A stretch of 46,415 nt of DNA from NCBI GenBank assembly GCA_001824825.1, contig MHTK01000006.1, forward strand, positions 1 to 46,415, given 5' to 3'. Each line of letters begins with the position of its first letter. The stretch's first letter is position 1. A model generated the notes under the pieces. It was not told the origin of the DNA, did no database searches, and was given only the letters and a program-made list of their open reading frames with translations. Positions 18,368-28,616 of the stretch are shown in pieces. The DNA is from Candidatus Vogelbacteria bacterium RIFOXYD1_FULL_46_19. GTDB lineage: Bacteria; Patescibacteriota; Minisyncoccia; Phycocordibacterales; XYD1-FULL-46-19. The translations under genes were made by a program, and so were the position numbers.

Positions 18368-18815
18368 TTTAATCGGGCTGTTTATAATGTTGGCCGGTTT
18401 TGTGATTGGGCAGGGAGCGGTCACGGTGATCGACTGGCATGGCTTCTTAGGGCGGAAGTCGGGTTACTGGACCGAGGCTACCACTAGAACGCATAAGGTA
18501 ACTAAACCTTTAATTTGGCTAGGGTTAATATTGGCTGTTAGTGGAGGGATTATTTTATATCGAGAGGAAACTTTAAGGGGTATTCCTTTAATCCATTTAA
18601 TGTTGGCCGGGGGCCTAGTTTTAAACGGCTGTTGGTTGTCTTTTAAAGTTAGTCCTTATTTACTAAAACGAGAAAGTGCCGGTCAGGCGGCCGAGTTGCT
18701 ACCCCAGGCCTGGCAAAGAAAAATTATGCTTAGTTTTTTTGTTTCCGTATTTGGTTGGTGGGGTAGTTTGTTTTTACTTGCTTACTATTTGATAGAAATT
18801 TATCCGGTTGGGTAA
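18345..18815 (+). CDS. Hypothetical membrane protein (about 4 TM helices)
   Basis: Hydrophobic ORF directly after tspO; start codon uncertain. Confidence 0.7.
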   Translation: MLFGFSIDLIGLFIMLAGFVIGQGAVTVIDWHGFLGRKSGYWTEATTRTHKVTKPLIWLGLILAVSGGIILYREETLRGIPLIHLMLAGGLVLNGCWLSFKVSPYLLKRESAGQAAELLPQAWQRKIMLSFFVSVFGWWGSLFLLAYYLIEIYPVG

Positions 18816-18870
18816 CCGCTTGATGTGACCCCTTTTTTCTGTTACAAAGTAACAATCTTTTTATATTTCT

Positions 18871-19395
18871 ATGAAAATTACTATTTATGGTTTACCAGGG
18901 ACCGGCACCAGTACGGTGGGGTGCTTACTGGCGGCTAAACTCGGCTATGAATTTAAGTATAGTGGAGCCATGTTTCGCCAGAAGGCTGAAGCCTTAAGTC
19001 TAACTTTAAACGAATTAGAGAGTTTGGCTCAAACTGACCCGAGCTATGATTTAGAGTTGGACCAAACTGTAACCGCTTACGGCCAAAAGCATACTAACTT
19101 TGTTTTTGATAGCCGGTTGGCTTGGCACTTTATTCCGGATTCCTTCAAAATAAAATTTGACTGCAGTGAACCGGTTAGAATAGCTCGGATCGCTCGGCGG
19201 GAAAATAAATCCTTAGCCCAAGCTCGGGCCGAAACCAACGATCGAATGGAAAAAATATTTGAGCGTTACGCCCGATACTATGGAATAACCAATTGCACCT
19301 GCGAGGCTAACTTTGACTTTTCTATTAATACTACCTCTATTAGTCCCAGTGAAGTTTGTGCTCGTTTGGAGACGGTTATTAAAGACTTAAAATAA
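18871..19395 (+). CDS. cmk: Cytidylate kinase, archaeal-type family
   Basis: ITIYGLPGTGTSTV (P-loop with T in place of the usual K), SGAMFR, DSRLA, RYARYYGI. Confidence 0.8.
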   Translation: MKITIYGLPGTGTSTVGCLLAAKLGYEFKYSGAMFRQKAEALSLTLNELESLAQTDPSYDLELDQTVTAYGQKHTNFVFDSRLAWHFIPDSFKIKFDCSEPVRIARIARRENKSLAQARAETNDRMEKIFERYARYYGITNCTCEANFDFSINTTSISPSEVCARLETVIKDLK

Positions 19396-19397
19396 TA

Positions 19398-20600
19398 ATG
19401 AATCCTATAAATTTTCAAGTTGCTAAGACCACGGGCCGACTAGCTCGAGCGGGGGTACTAGCGACGCCTCATGGTGAGATGTTAACCCCAACTTTAACGG
19501 TGGTGGGTACTAAAGGGACGGTTAAAGCCCTCACTCCGGAGCAACTGAGAGCGGTGGGGGTTCAAGCGGTTTTAGCTAATACTTATCACTTATACTTAGA
19601 GCCCGGTGACGAGCAGGTGGCGGCGGCCGGCGGCTTGCATCAGTTTATGAATTGGGCCGGACCCATTTACACCGACTCGGGTGGCTTTCAAGTTTTTTCT
19701 TTAGGGGCGGCCTATGGCGAGGGTGGAGTGACCAAGTTTGCGGCGACGGGCGAGCAAAATGCTAAAACAATGGCTGCCGAAGGGGTGGTTAAACTAGCTC
19801 GGATCGATGATGACGGGGTGACGTTTAAGTCACATTTAGATGGATCGGAACATCGTTTGACTCCGGAAAAATCAATTGCTATTCAGCATAACTTAAAAGC
19901 CGACGTAATTTTTGCTTTTGATGAGTGTACTTCCCCTCAGGCTGATTACCGGTATCAAGTCGAGGCGTTGGAGCGGACTCACTCTTGGGCTAAGCGTTCT
20001 TTGGCTTACCACCAAGCGTCGTCCCCAGCCGAAGAGCAAGGGCTATTTGGGATTATTCAAGGCGGGCGGTTTGAAGATTTGCGGCGTCGGTCGGCGGAAA
20101 CTCTGAGCGCGATGACCGGGTTGGCCGGGTTTGGAATCGGGGGGTCATTTTCTAAAGCCGATTTAGGGGCATCGATAGAGATAGTTAGTGAAATTTTACC
20201 TCGGGATAAACCGCGCCATTTGTTAGGGATTGGGGAACCGGAAGATTTGCTAGCCGGAGTAGCGGCGGGGATTGATACTTTCGACTGTGTCGCTCCAACC
20301 AGAATGGCGAGAAATGGTACTTTGTATACCAGACAGGGTAAAATTAATATTTTTAACAATCGCTATCGGTCGGCCCTGCGGCCAATTGAGGAAGAGTGTG
20401 ATTGCTATACCTGCCGACATTATACTCAAGCCTACCTGGCTCATCTTTTTAGGAGTAAAGAGATGCTCGCGGCCACTCTCGCCTCCATTCATAACTTACG
20501 TTTTATTGTCCGACTCTTGGAAGAAATCAGACAAGCCATCTTAGATAATAATTTTTCTACTTTTCAGACGGCTTTTTTGACGGATTATTGCCGTCACTAA
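19398..20600 (+). CDS. tgt: tRNA-guanine transglycosylase
   Basis: LANTYHL, TDSGGFQVFSL, FDECT, GIIQGG, PRHLLGIG, DTFDCV and Zn site CDCYTC...H. Confidence 0.96.
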   Translation: MNPINFQVAKTTGRLARAGVLATPHGEMLTPTLTVVGTKGTVKALTPEQLRAVGVQAVLANTYHLYLEPGDEQVAAAGGLHQFMNWAGPIYTDSGGFQVFSLGAAYGEGGVTKFAATGEQNAKTMAAEGVVKLARIDDDGVTFKSHLDGSEHRLTPEKSIAIQHNLKADVIFAFDECTSPQADYRYQVEALERTHSWAKRSLAYHQASSPAEEQGLFGIIQGGRFEDLRRRSAETLSAMTGLAGFGIGGSFSKADLGASIEIVSEILPRDKPRHLLGIGEPEDLLAGVAAGIDTFDCVAPTRMARNGTLYTRQGKINIFNNRYRSALRPIEEECDCYTCRHYTQAYLAHLFRSKEMLAATLASIHNLRFIVRLLEEIRQAILDNNFSTFQTAFLTDYCRH

Positions 20601-20679
20601 TTGGGTGATAAAATAATTTAACTGTGTTATGCTGGCGGCTGATCAATATGATGTGAAAAATAGGAAAGGAGTTTAAGCT

Positions 20680-20955
20680 ATGTCTTCATTGGAAGTGAGT
20701 GAGGAGTCAGAACAAGTTTATCAAGTTCCAGCCTCAACTTTTGAAGCCGCTTTAGGGCGGTTACTCAAAAAGATCGAGGGTTCTAAAGCTTCTTACAACC
20801 CGACTATGGAAGAAATTTCCCATTACGTCATAGCTCGGCGGCATTTTCCTTATTTATGCCAGGCTATCGATGAGGTGGTCTTGCTCTGTCCTGGTGGAGG
20901 TCCGACTTTTATGAAAAAGCCTTATGATCCCACGGAAACCAAGCGGGTCATCTAG
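20680..20955 (+). CDS. Hypothetical protein
   Basis: 91-aa ORF with SD AGGAAAGGAG and a downstream hairpin at 20994-21025. Confidence 0.55.
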   Translation: MSSLEVSEESEQVYQVPASTFEAALGRLLKKIEGSKASYNPTMEEISHYVIARRHFPYLCQAIDEVVLLCPGGGPTFMKKPYDPTETKRVI

Positions 20956-21061
20956 TAGGACACGATTGTTTTATCTTTTTATCGTTTTCATTTAACGCCT
21001 CAGTGAAGAAATTCATTTAGGCGTTTCCTTTTTTCTGTGAGGTCTGTTAAATTAAGCCAAT

Positions 21062-23086
21062 ATGAATGGTTTTAATTTAAGTACCGAATACACCCCCAAG
21101 GGTGACCAACCGAAGGCGATTGAAGCGCTGGTCAAGGGTCTAGAGTCTGGCCTGGCTGATCAAACCCTTTTGGGCGTGACCGGCTCGGGTAAAACTTATA
21201 CCGCAGCTAATGTGATAGCGAGGGTCAACAAGCCAACTTTGGTTATTGCCCACAACAAAACCTTAGCGGCCCAACTGGCTCAAGAGTATCGCGATTTCTT
21301 TCCCAACAATGCGGTGCATTATTTTGTGTCTTATTACGACTATTACCAGCCGGAAGCCTACTTGCCGGTGACTGATACTTATATTGAAAAGGATGCCGCC
21401 ATTAACGAGGAAATTGAGCGTTTGCGTCACGCCTCCACCCAGGCCCTGCTATCACGGTCGGATGTTATTATTGTGGCATCAGTATCTTGTATATACGGCT
21501 TGGGTAGTCCAGCTGAATATGAGCGGGAACACATGCGGATTTTGGTTGATCAAACCATATCGAGAGAGTCTTTTATGAAAGAGTTGATCGCTCGCTTTTT
21601 TGAACGGACGAATGCTGATCTGACACCCGGGACTTTTCGGTCGATTGGTAACTCGATAGAAATAATGCCGGCTTCAGAAAAAGAAATTTACAATATTAAA
21701 ATTTCGGGTGGGGCGATTACAGAAATTCTGCGTCTGGATGCGGTCAGTCGATCGGTGGTCGCAGAATTAAACGATTTTTATTTATTTCCGGCCAAACACT
21801 TTGTGACCACCGAAGCTGAACGACGGCGAGCGATAGGCAGTATTTCGGCCGAACTGGAAGATCAGCTTAAAAAATTAGCCAAACAAGGGAAGGTGTTGGA
21901 GGTGGAGCGTTTGAAAAGGCGGACCCGCTATGACTTGGCTTTGATTGCAGAAATTGGCTATTGTAACGGCATCGAAAATTATTCGAGACATTTATCGGGC
22001 CGGCCCGCCGGCGAAGCACCAGACACGCTTTTGTCCTATTTTCCGAAAACCACCGATGGTCGACCAGACTTTTTAACTATTATCGACGAGTCTCATGTGA
22101 GCGTGTCGCAAATCGGGGGGATGTACGCCGGTGATCGGAGCCGGAAAGAAACTTTGGTCGAGTATGGTTTTCGTTTACCTAGTGCTTTGGATAACCGGCC
22201 CCTTAAATTTTCCGAATTTCGGGAGCGAGTGGGTCCGATAATTTATACCAGTGCCACTCCGGGGTCTTACGAGTTGGAGTATAGCGAGCCGCCGGCGGGG
22301 AAAATAGTAGAGCAAATTATCCGTCCGACCGGCCTCTTAGACCCCCAGCTTGAGATTCGGCCGGTGGTGGGGAGGGCTAGTTATTCGGGCCAAGTTCAAG
22401 ATTTTATTACCGAAGCTAAAAAAGAAATTAAAAAAGGTTACCGTGCCATAGCGACCACCCTGACCAAGAAAATGGCCGAAGACCTGAGTGAGTTCCTAAA
22501 AGCGGCCGGGATTAAGGCTGAGTATTTGCACAGCGAAATTAAAACTTTGGATCGAATTATGATCCTTAGTAATTTTCGTAAAGGGGAGTTTGATGTTTTG
22601 GTGGGGGTGAACCTGTTGCGGGAAGGTTTGGATTTACCCGAGGTGTCGTTTATCGGCATTTTGGATGCGGATAAGGAAGGATTTTTACGCTCGGAAACTT
22701 CACTGGTCCAAACTATTGGTCGGGCGGCTCGTAATGTAGACGGCCGGGTAATTCTCTACGCGGATGTCGTGACTGGCTCCATGAAGCGGGCAATAGACGA
22801 GACCAACCGGCGACGAAGTATTCAGCTTGAGTATAACAAGAAGCATAGCATCACTCCGCAGTCGATCAAAAAAAATATTAAGAATATTACGGACAGTATT
22901 ATGTCGGAACGGGAGAAGACTGTGCGTCGTCTGATCGAACTTGACCAAGCCACCGTGGGTACAGATAAAAAGGCCCTAAAAAAGCTAATCAAAGATAAAG
23001 AAAGGCAAATGTCGGAAGCGGTCAAACTTCTGGACTTCGAAACCGCGGCCATTTTGCGGGATGAGATTAAAGTATTAACTAATTAA
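21062..23086 (+). CDS. uvrB: Excinuclease ABC subunit B
   Basis: GDQPKAI, GVTGSGKT, YYDYYQPEAY, DESH, QTIGRAARN and C-terminal UVR domain. Confidence 0.98.
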   Translation: MNGFNLSTEYTPKGDQPKAIEALVKGLESGLADQTLLGVTGSGKTYTAANVIARVNKPTLVIAHNKTLAAQLAQEYRDFFPNNAVHYFVSYYDYYQPEAYLPVTDTYIEKDAAINEEIERLRHASTQALLSRSDVIIVASVSCIYGLGSPAEYEREHMRILVDQTISRESFMKELIARFFERTNADLTPGTFRSIGNSIEIMPASEKEIYNIKISGGAITEILRLDAVSRSVVAELNDFYLFPAKHFVTTEAERRRAIGSISAELEDQLKKLAKQGKVLEVERLKRRTRYDLALIAEIGYCNGIENYSRHLSGRPAGEAPDTLLSYFPKTTDGRPDFLTIIDESHVSVSQIGGMYAGDRSRKETLVEYGFRLPSALDNRPLKFSEFRERVGPIIYTSATPGSYELEYSEPPAGKIVEQIIRPTGLLDPQLEIRPVVGRASYSGQVQDFITEAKKEIKKGYRAIATTLTKKMAEDLSEFLKAAGIKAEYLHSEIKTLDRIMILSNFRKGEFDVLVGVNLLREGLDLPEVSFIGILDADKEGFLRSETSLVQTIGRAARNVDGRVILYADVVTGSMKRAIDETNRRRSIQLEYNKKHSITPQSIKKNIKNITDSIMSEREKTVRRLIELDQATVGTDKKALKKLIKDKERQMSEAVKLLDFETAAILRDEIKVLTN

Positions 23087-23091
23087 AATAG

Positions 23092-23119
23092 TACTCTCTA
23101 AGGGGAGGCCTTAGAGAGT
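23092..23119 (+). terminator. Hairpin after uvrB
   Basis: ACTCTCTAAGG/CCTTAGAGAGT inverted repeat. Confidence 0.55.
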
Positions 23120-23177
23120 TGGGGATAACTTCGTTCATATCCCTTGACAACATAATTCTATCTGCTAAGCTGTAGGT

Positions 23178-24041
23178 ATGTCCAGAGATACTAAATACTC
23201 AATCAAGAACCTACAGAAAGACTTTCCTACCGACGAAGCCTGTCTCGCCTTTATCTTCGATACTCTACATAGCCACAAGTGCTCTTGTGGGGGCGAATAC
23301 CGACCGGTAAAGGGACGTAAGCAGTTCCAGTGTTCTAAGTGCCGTTTCCAGATCGCTCCAGCCTCTGGTACGATATTTCATAAGTCTGATACCCCTCTTA
23401 CCCTCTGGTTCCACGCTATCTGGATATTCTCTAATGCTAAGTCTGGTATCTCGGCCAAGGAAATGGAGCGACAGCTAGGAGTCACCTACAAGTGCGCTTG
23501 GCGGATTCTTTCTCTGATCCGTAAGGCTCTTAAAGATGAAAACAAGGACAAGTTGGGCGGTGATGTAGAGATAGACACTGGTTTCTTGGGTGGCCGACAC
23601 TATGCGGGTCGCAATAACGAGAAGTTAAGTGAATCTATTGCTAAGAAAGCAGTGGTTAATGTTGCCTACGAACGAGGTGGCCGAATCGTGGCAGAAATTG
23701 CTACTGATAATTCATCAGAATCTATGCGGGGGTTTGTGGAAAAGTATGTCTCACAAAATGCTCGGATGTATACCGACAGTAGTCGTGTCTATCATCAGTT
23801 TAACGAGCGGGATATTGAAAAGGTAAACCACAATAAGCGGGAGTTTTCTCGTGGGACAGTGCATATCAATACTGTAGAGACGTTTTTTGCCCACCTAAAA
23901 CGGAGTATGCGGGGTACCTATAAAGTGCTATCTAAGAAGCACCTACAGTCTTACCTTGACCTTTTTGTCTGGCACTACAACAATCGACACAACGACAGGG
24001 AGAGGTTTGCGGTTTTGCTCGGTACCGTATTGCATGCTTAA
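23178..24041 (+). CDS. IS1595-family DDE transposase
   Basis: Zn ribbon (CSC...CSKC), GTIFHKS..PL..WF, VEIDT, YTD, VNH and HINTVETFFAHLKR. Confidence 0.95.
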   Translation: MSRDTKYSIKNLQKDFPTDEACLAFIFDTLHSHKCSCGGEYRPVKGRKQFQCSKCRFQIAPASGTIFHKSDTPLTLWFHAIWIFSNAKSGISAKEMERQLGVTYKCAWRILSLIRKALKDENKDKLGGDVEIDTGFLGGRHYAGRNNEKLSESIAKKAVVNVAYERGGRIVAEIATDNSSESMRGFVEKYVSQNARMYTDSSRVYHQFNERDIEKVNHNKREFSRGTVHINTVETFFAHLKRSMRGTYKVLSKKHLQSYLDLFVWHYNNRHNDRERFAVLLGTVLHA

Positions 24042-24049
24042 GTACAGAT

Positions 24050-24706
24050 ATGAAAAACTTTTTAGAAACAATCATATTGAAGTTGAATAAAATAAGTAAG
24101 TACGACCATATTACCTTTTTTAAAAAAACTTGGAAACTGGCTACTGGTTTTTACCAAAGGTTAGTGAAACCACATACTTTAATCGTGCTTATAACTATCT
24201 GTAGCATTTTATCAATAGTATTGAGTTCCACTCTATTTTACTTTGACAACAAAAAAGATACATCTTTTTTCTCCTCTCTATACGTTAACGATCTTACTAA
24301 CCGATTTGTAGCCAAAAACGACATCCTACGCCTAAATCATATTATAAGCCAAATCCATTTTTGCTCGACCAGCGGAAACGGTGAAAGTAAGTGCGCATTT
24401 GTACCTCTCGAACCTTCATTCATGCAGCAAGCATATATGGCCCACGAGGCCATGAAGGGTAAGATGTTTGTGAGTACTAGCTTTTTACAAAGTATTGATA
24501 CTCCTAAGGAGTATTATGATGCTATCGATCAGCAAGCTATAAATAACGCAAACGCCCATGTTTTCCAAAACGTCTACGAACTTAATAAAATCGAAATAAC
24601 GGAGAATAAAGTTTTTTGGTTTTTATCGCTTGTTCAAATACTAAACGCTTTCTTTGCAATAACGCTTTTCTATCAAGAGAGAAAAGAGAGAACAGCCAAG
24701 CAATAG
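24050..24706 (+). CDS. IS passenger: hypothetical two-TM membrane protein
   Basis: 218-aa AT-rich ORF inside the TIRs, with TM helices near both ends. Confidence 0.7.
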   Translation: MKNFLETIILKLNKISKYDHITFFKKTWKLATGFYQRLVKPHTLIVLITICSILSIVLSSTLFYFDNKKDTSFFSSLYVNDLTNRFVAKNDILRLNHIISQIHFCSTSGNGESKCAFVPLEPSFMQQAYMAHEAMKGKMFVSTSFLQSIDTPKEYYDAIDQQAINNANAHVFQNVYELNKIEITENKVFWFLSLVQILNAFFAITLFYQERKERTAKQ

Positions 24707-24797
24707 GTATATACCGAAGCTAAGTAAAGTAAGTTTATAGGCCAGTTTTTCATTTTATATAATTATGTTGTTAAGGGACACGAGTGGATAACTTGGC

Positions 24798-24826
24798 TTG
24801 CCGGTGAACGCTCGTTCACCTATAAT
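24798..24826 (+). promoter_or_regulatory. lexA operon promoter with candidate SOS box GGTGAACG-CT-CGTTCACC
   Basis: TTGCCG-N17-TATAAT. A palindrome with 8-bp arms (24803-24820) containing GAAC-N4-GTTC fills the spacer. Confidence 0.8.
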
Positions 24827-24857
24827 AAATTTATTACCACTAAGTCATTTATATCCT

Positions 24858-25052
24858 ATGAACTACCTCCAATACAAAAAATCTATCAGCTTAGAACTCG
24901 CCACTCTAAACGCTCAGATTGATCGAAAGATTTTGCGCGGCCAGTCTTACTACCGCGAAGCTTTGCGTCATAAAATTTTAACGCGACAGCTGAACCGACT
25001 AGCCGGCAAGACTTACTTCTCCCGCTTGATGTCCAACCTGGCCCTGTTCTAG
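24858..25052 (+). CDS. Small basic hypothetical protein upstream of lexA (64 aa)
   Basis: ATG at 24858 lies downstream of the TATAAT. The TTG start at 24798 in the ORF track coincides with the -35 box. Confidence 0.7.
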   Translation: MNYLQYKKSISLELATLNAQIDRKILRGQSYYREALRHKILTRQLNRLAGKTYFSRLMSNLALF

Positions 25053-25065
25053 TAATATTTTTTAT

Positions 25066-25635
25066 ATGATTACACTTCAATATCAAAAGCTCATGGCCTT
25101 CTATAGCCGAGAAGGGCGAATGCCGACTTATACGGAAATGATGAGTTTGTTTAACTTTCGCTCTAAAAATGCTGTTTATAAATTGGTCAACAAACTGGTG
25201 GAGGCCGACTTGGTGCTAAAAGATCGCCTGGGTCGCTTGCAACCCAGTAAAGCGGCGACCGAGGTACCTTTCTTGGGCTTGGTGACGGCTGGCTTACCAG
25301 CGGCGGTGGACGCGCTGGACCATTTTGATACTTTAAACTTAAATGACTTCTTGATTGATAAAAAAGATAAAACTTTTATCTTGGAAGTGGACGGCGACTC
25401 CATGATCGAAGCCCATATTGACGATGGCGACCTGGTGATTGCTGAAAAAACCGACACTGCTCGCGATGGTGACATTGTGATTGCTAAAGTTGATGGTGAA
25501 TTTACGATGAAATATTTTAGGCGGAAGGGGACTAAGGTTTGGCTGGACCCAGCCAACAAGCGCTACGAGCCCATTTACCCGGAAATGGAGTTGGAGGTGG
25601 TGGCTCTCGTCAAAGGGGTGATTAGAAAGTATTAG
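25066..25635 (+). CDS. lexA: LexA repressor
   Basis: N-terminal PTYTEM...FRSKNAV HTH, Ala-Gly cleavage site (VTAGLP), and S24 peptidase dyad GDSM and TMKY. Confidence 0.9.
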   Translation: MITLQYQKLMAFYSREGRMPTYTEMMSLFNFRSKNAVYKLVNKLVEADLVLKDRLGRLQPSKAATEVPFLGLVTAGLPAAVDALDHFDTLNLNDFLIDKKDKTFILEVDGDSMIEAHIDDGDLVIAEKTDTARDGDIVIAKVDGEFTMKYFRRKGTKVWLDPANKRYEPIYPEMELEVVALVKGVIRKY

Positions 25636-25780
25636 GTCCGGGGACCACTAAAGAGTTGCTAGTTTAAAACACTGGTGATCTGTGTTAGAGTGCACTGACC
25701 CCTATAGACCACTGGCCGGGGTTTTTGGCGTCGGGAGACTCACTCTAAAAGGTGAGTCATAACAATCATTGCGACCAACT

Positions 25781-28432
25781 ATGAAAGAATCAGACAAAAA
25801 AATAAAAATTAAAGGGGCCCGCACCCACAATTTAAAAAACATTGACTTAGAGATCCCCCGCGACCAGCTAGTGGTTTTTACCGGTTTGTCGGGTTCGGGT
25901 AAGTCGTCACTGGCTTTTGATACTATCTTTGCTGAGGGTCAGCGACGTTATGTGGAGTCGCTCTCTTCTTACGCGCGGCAGTTTTTGCGGCAAATGCAAA
26001 AGCCGGACGTGGACGAAATTACCGGCTTATCACCGGCTATTTCTATTGACCAAAAATCGCGCTCGCAAAATCCTCGCTCGACTGTAGCCACTATCACCGA
26101 AATTTATGACTACTTACGAGTCTTATTTGCGCGAGTGGGCCGGCCACACTGCCTGGTTTGTGGGGAAGCTATCGTTAAGTTGTCGCACGATGAGATTGTG
26201 GGTTTGGCTTTAAAAAAAGTCAGATCTTTACTGAAAAAATCCGCTGGGGTCGATAGCTTGCAGATTTACGCCCCCTTGATCAGAGGGCGAAAAGGCGAGT
26301 ATTACCAAATGCTATATGACCTGATTGATAAGGGGTATAGCGAAGTTTTGATTGACGATATTCGGTACAACTTGCGCGAGCGGATTGAATTGGGTCGAAT
26401 GAAAAAGCATGATATTGACGTCTTAGTGGATGAAATTGATTTGGTCGACTTTAAACCGCTACCTAAAGGTAAAGAGCTTAAAAACGAAGTGGGGAAGGCT
26501 GTTTATGACAATGCTTATGGTCGGCTAACCGAAGCTGTGGAGCGAGCTCTAAAGGAAGCCGACGGTTTAGTGCGAGTGGTGATCGGTTCACCTAAAACTA
26601 AGAAAAAAGTTTTAGCGGAGGCCAGTGAACAATCGATTTTATCGGCCAAATTTGCCTGCCCCCGCGACGGGTTCTCTTTTCCGGAAATTGAGCCTCGGCT
26701 TTTTTCCTTTAACTCACCCTACGGGGCTTGTCCGGAGTGTCATGGCTTAGGGACCAAGCACTTATATAGTGATAAACCTTGCCCGGTGTGCAAAGGCTCC
26801 CGTCTGCGTCAAGAATCGCTCCACGTTTTATTGGAGTCTGATGTTAAAACTTTGCCTAAGGCTAAAAATATTGTGGAATTAGCAGCCCTGTCCATTCGAG
26901 AAGCGGATGAGTTCTTCAAAAACATTAAGTTAACAGCCAAGGAAAAGCAGATTGCCGAAATGGTGCTAAGAGAGATTGAGTCTCGGCTTAAATTTTTACT
27001 CGACGTGGGTTTGGACTATATTTCTTTGGATCGGCGAGCTAATACTTTATCGGGCGGTGAAGCTCAGCGGATCCGTTTGGCCTCGCAGCTTGGTTCACGG
27101 TTGGTTGGAACTTTATATGTTTTAGACGAACCGACCATAGGACTGCACTCGCGCGATAATGATTTACTGATTAAAACTTTGCTCGATTTGCGTGACCTGG
27201 GCAACACTATCGTAGTGGTAGAACATGATGAAGATACTATTTATGCTTCGGATTTTTTAGTGGATATTGGGCCAGGAGCCGGGGTACATGGGGGTAATAT
27301 TGTGGTGGCCGCTCCGACGGAAAATTTACTAACCGCTAAGACTAATGATTTTAATTCGCTGACAGTGGACTATTTGCGGGGCGAAAAATCGGTGCCGATA
27401 CCACTGAAACGTCGAACTAGTGACAAGGGTCACATCCGCATTCGGGGGGGAGAAGTTTTTAATATTAAACATTTAAACATTGATATTCCACTCGGAAAAT
27501 TAGTTAGCATTACAGGGGTCTCTGGTTCTGGTAAGTCTAGTTTTGTTTACGAGATTTTGCACAAAAATCTAAAGGCGCGCTTTGATCGGAAGTACCGATC
27601 TAACGAGTTATTTAACTGCCGGGAATTTACCGGCAGCGAGTACATTGGCCGGGAAATTATGATTGACCAGTCGCCTATTGGTCGGACCCCACGGTCTAAC
27701 CCGGCCACTTATACCGGAGCTTTTACCTGGATTAGAGATCTCTTTGCTTCGACCGAGTACGCCCGCTTGCGCGGTTGGAAGCCGGGGCGGTTTTCATTCA
27801 ATGTTAAAGGGGGCCGCTGTGAAGCCTGTCAAGGTAATGGTTTACTAGCGGTGGAAATGCATTTTTTGCCGACTGTCTATGTTACTTGTGATATCTGTAG
27901 TGGTACTCGTTACGAACAAGAAACCTTGGAAGCTAAGTATAAGGGTAAGAATATAAATGAGGTGTTGCATATGACCATTGAAGAGGCCTCCAGCTTTTTT
28001 CGTGACTATCCGGCGATAGCCGATCGTTTGCGTACTTTAAACGAAGTGGGTTTGGGCTATTTGGAACTAGGTCAGTCGGCCACCACTTTATCGGGTGGTG
28101 AAGCTCAAAGAGTAAAAATATCATCCGAACTGTATCGGCCGTTTGTCCAAAAGTCCATTTATATTTTAGACGAGCCGACGGTTGGTTTACATTATGAAGA
28201 TGTTAAAAATTTGGTCGATATACTACACAAGTTGGTCGAGCGAGGTAATACTGTGGTAGTCATCGAACATAATTTAGATGTGATTAAAAATGCCGATTAT
28301 GTGATTGACTTAGGGCCGGACGGGGGCTCTGGTGGCGGAGATTTGGTAGCCAAAGGGACACCGGAAGAAGTGGCCGCCACCGATACCCACACTGGACGCT
28401 ACTTGCGTAAGCATTTACGGAAAACCAAATAA
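25781..28432 (+). CDS. uvrA: Excinuclease ABC subunit A
   Basis: [18 protein letters not shown], two LSGGEAQR signatures and Zn fingers. ATG at 25781. Confidence 0.98.
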   Translation: MKESDKKIKIKGARTHNLKNIDLEIPRDQLVVFTGLSGSGKSSLAFDTIFAEGQRRYVESLSSYARQFLRQMQKPDVDEITGLSPAISIDQKSRSQNPRSTVATITEIYDYLRVLFARVGRPHCLVCGEAIVKLSHDEIVGLALKKVRSLLKKSAGVDSLQIYAPLIRGRKGEYYQMLYDLIDKGYSEVLIDDIRYNLRERIELGRMKKHDIDVLVDEIDLVDFKPLPKGKELKNEVGKAVYDNAYGRLTEAVERALKEADGLVRVVIGSPKTKKKVLAEASEQSILSAKFACPRDGFSFPEIEPRLFSFNSPYGACPECHGLGTKHLYSDKPCPVCKGSRLRQESLHVLLESDVKTLPKAKNIVELAALSIREADEFFKNIKLTAKEKQIAEMVLREIESRLKFLLDVGLDYISLDRRANTLSGGEAQRIRLASQLGSRLVGTLYVLDEPTIGLHSRDNDLLIKTLLDLRDLGNTIVVVEHDEDTIYASDFLVDIGPGAGVHGGNIVVAAPTENLLTAKTNDFNSLTVDYLRGEKSVPIPLKRRTSDKGHIRIRGGEVFNIKHLNIDIPLGKLVSITGVSGSGKSSFVYEILHKNLKARFDRKYRSNELFNCREFTGSEYIGREIMIDQSPIGRTPRSNPATYTGAFTWIRDLFASTEYARLRGWKPGRFSFNVKGGRCEACQGNGLLAVEMHFLPTVYVTCDICSGTRYEQETLEAKYKGKNINEVLHMTIEEASSFFRDYPAIADRLRTLNEVGLGYLELGQSATTLSGGEAQRVKISSELYRPFVQKSIYILDEPTVGLHYEDVKNLVDILHKLVERGNTVVVIEHNLDVIKNADYVIDLGPDGGSGGGDLVAKGTPEEVAATDTHTGRYLRKHLRKTK

Positions 28433-28440
28433 GTCGAAAT

Positions 28441-28572
28441 AAAAAAGACCCCTCAGGTGAAGGAGTGAACAAACACCTAAGGGGTTCCGGAAGGTGACGT
28501 TTCGGTAGCCAGGTCTGCCCAAGGCAAGCCCTAGGCAGTTGGTGAGGCTAAGCGAAACAACAGGACCGGATA
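28441..28572 (-). ncRNA. Candidate ncRNA A (about 130 nt): rod-like hairpin plus terminator
   Basis: Promoter TTGACA(28607-28602)-N17-TAAATT. Four nested helices, with G-U pairs possible only on the minus strand. Terminator hairpin followed by U6. Confidence 0.6.
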
Positions 28573-28616
28573 TTTATGAATTTATATGATGGATTAATAT
28601 TTGTCAACTTTAGCTA

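Larger units (their letters stand above)
23132..24785 (+). mobile_element. IS1595-family element carrying a passenger gene
   Basis: Imperfect terminal inverted repeats (left TCATATCCCTTGACAACATAATTCTAT; right, reverse-complemented, TCGTGTCCCTTAACAACATAATTATAT). Direct repeat GGATAACTT at 23123-23131 and 24786-24794. Ends uncertain by 1-2 nt. Confidence 0.8.
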
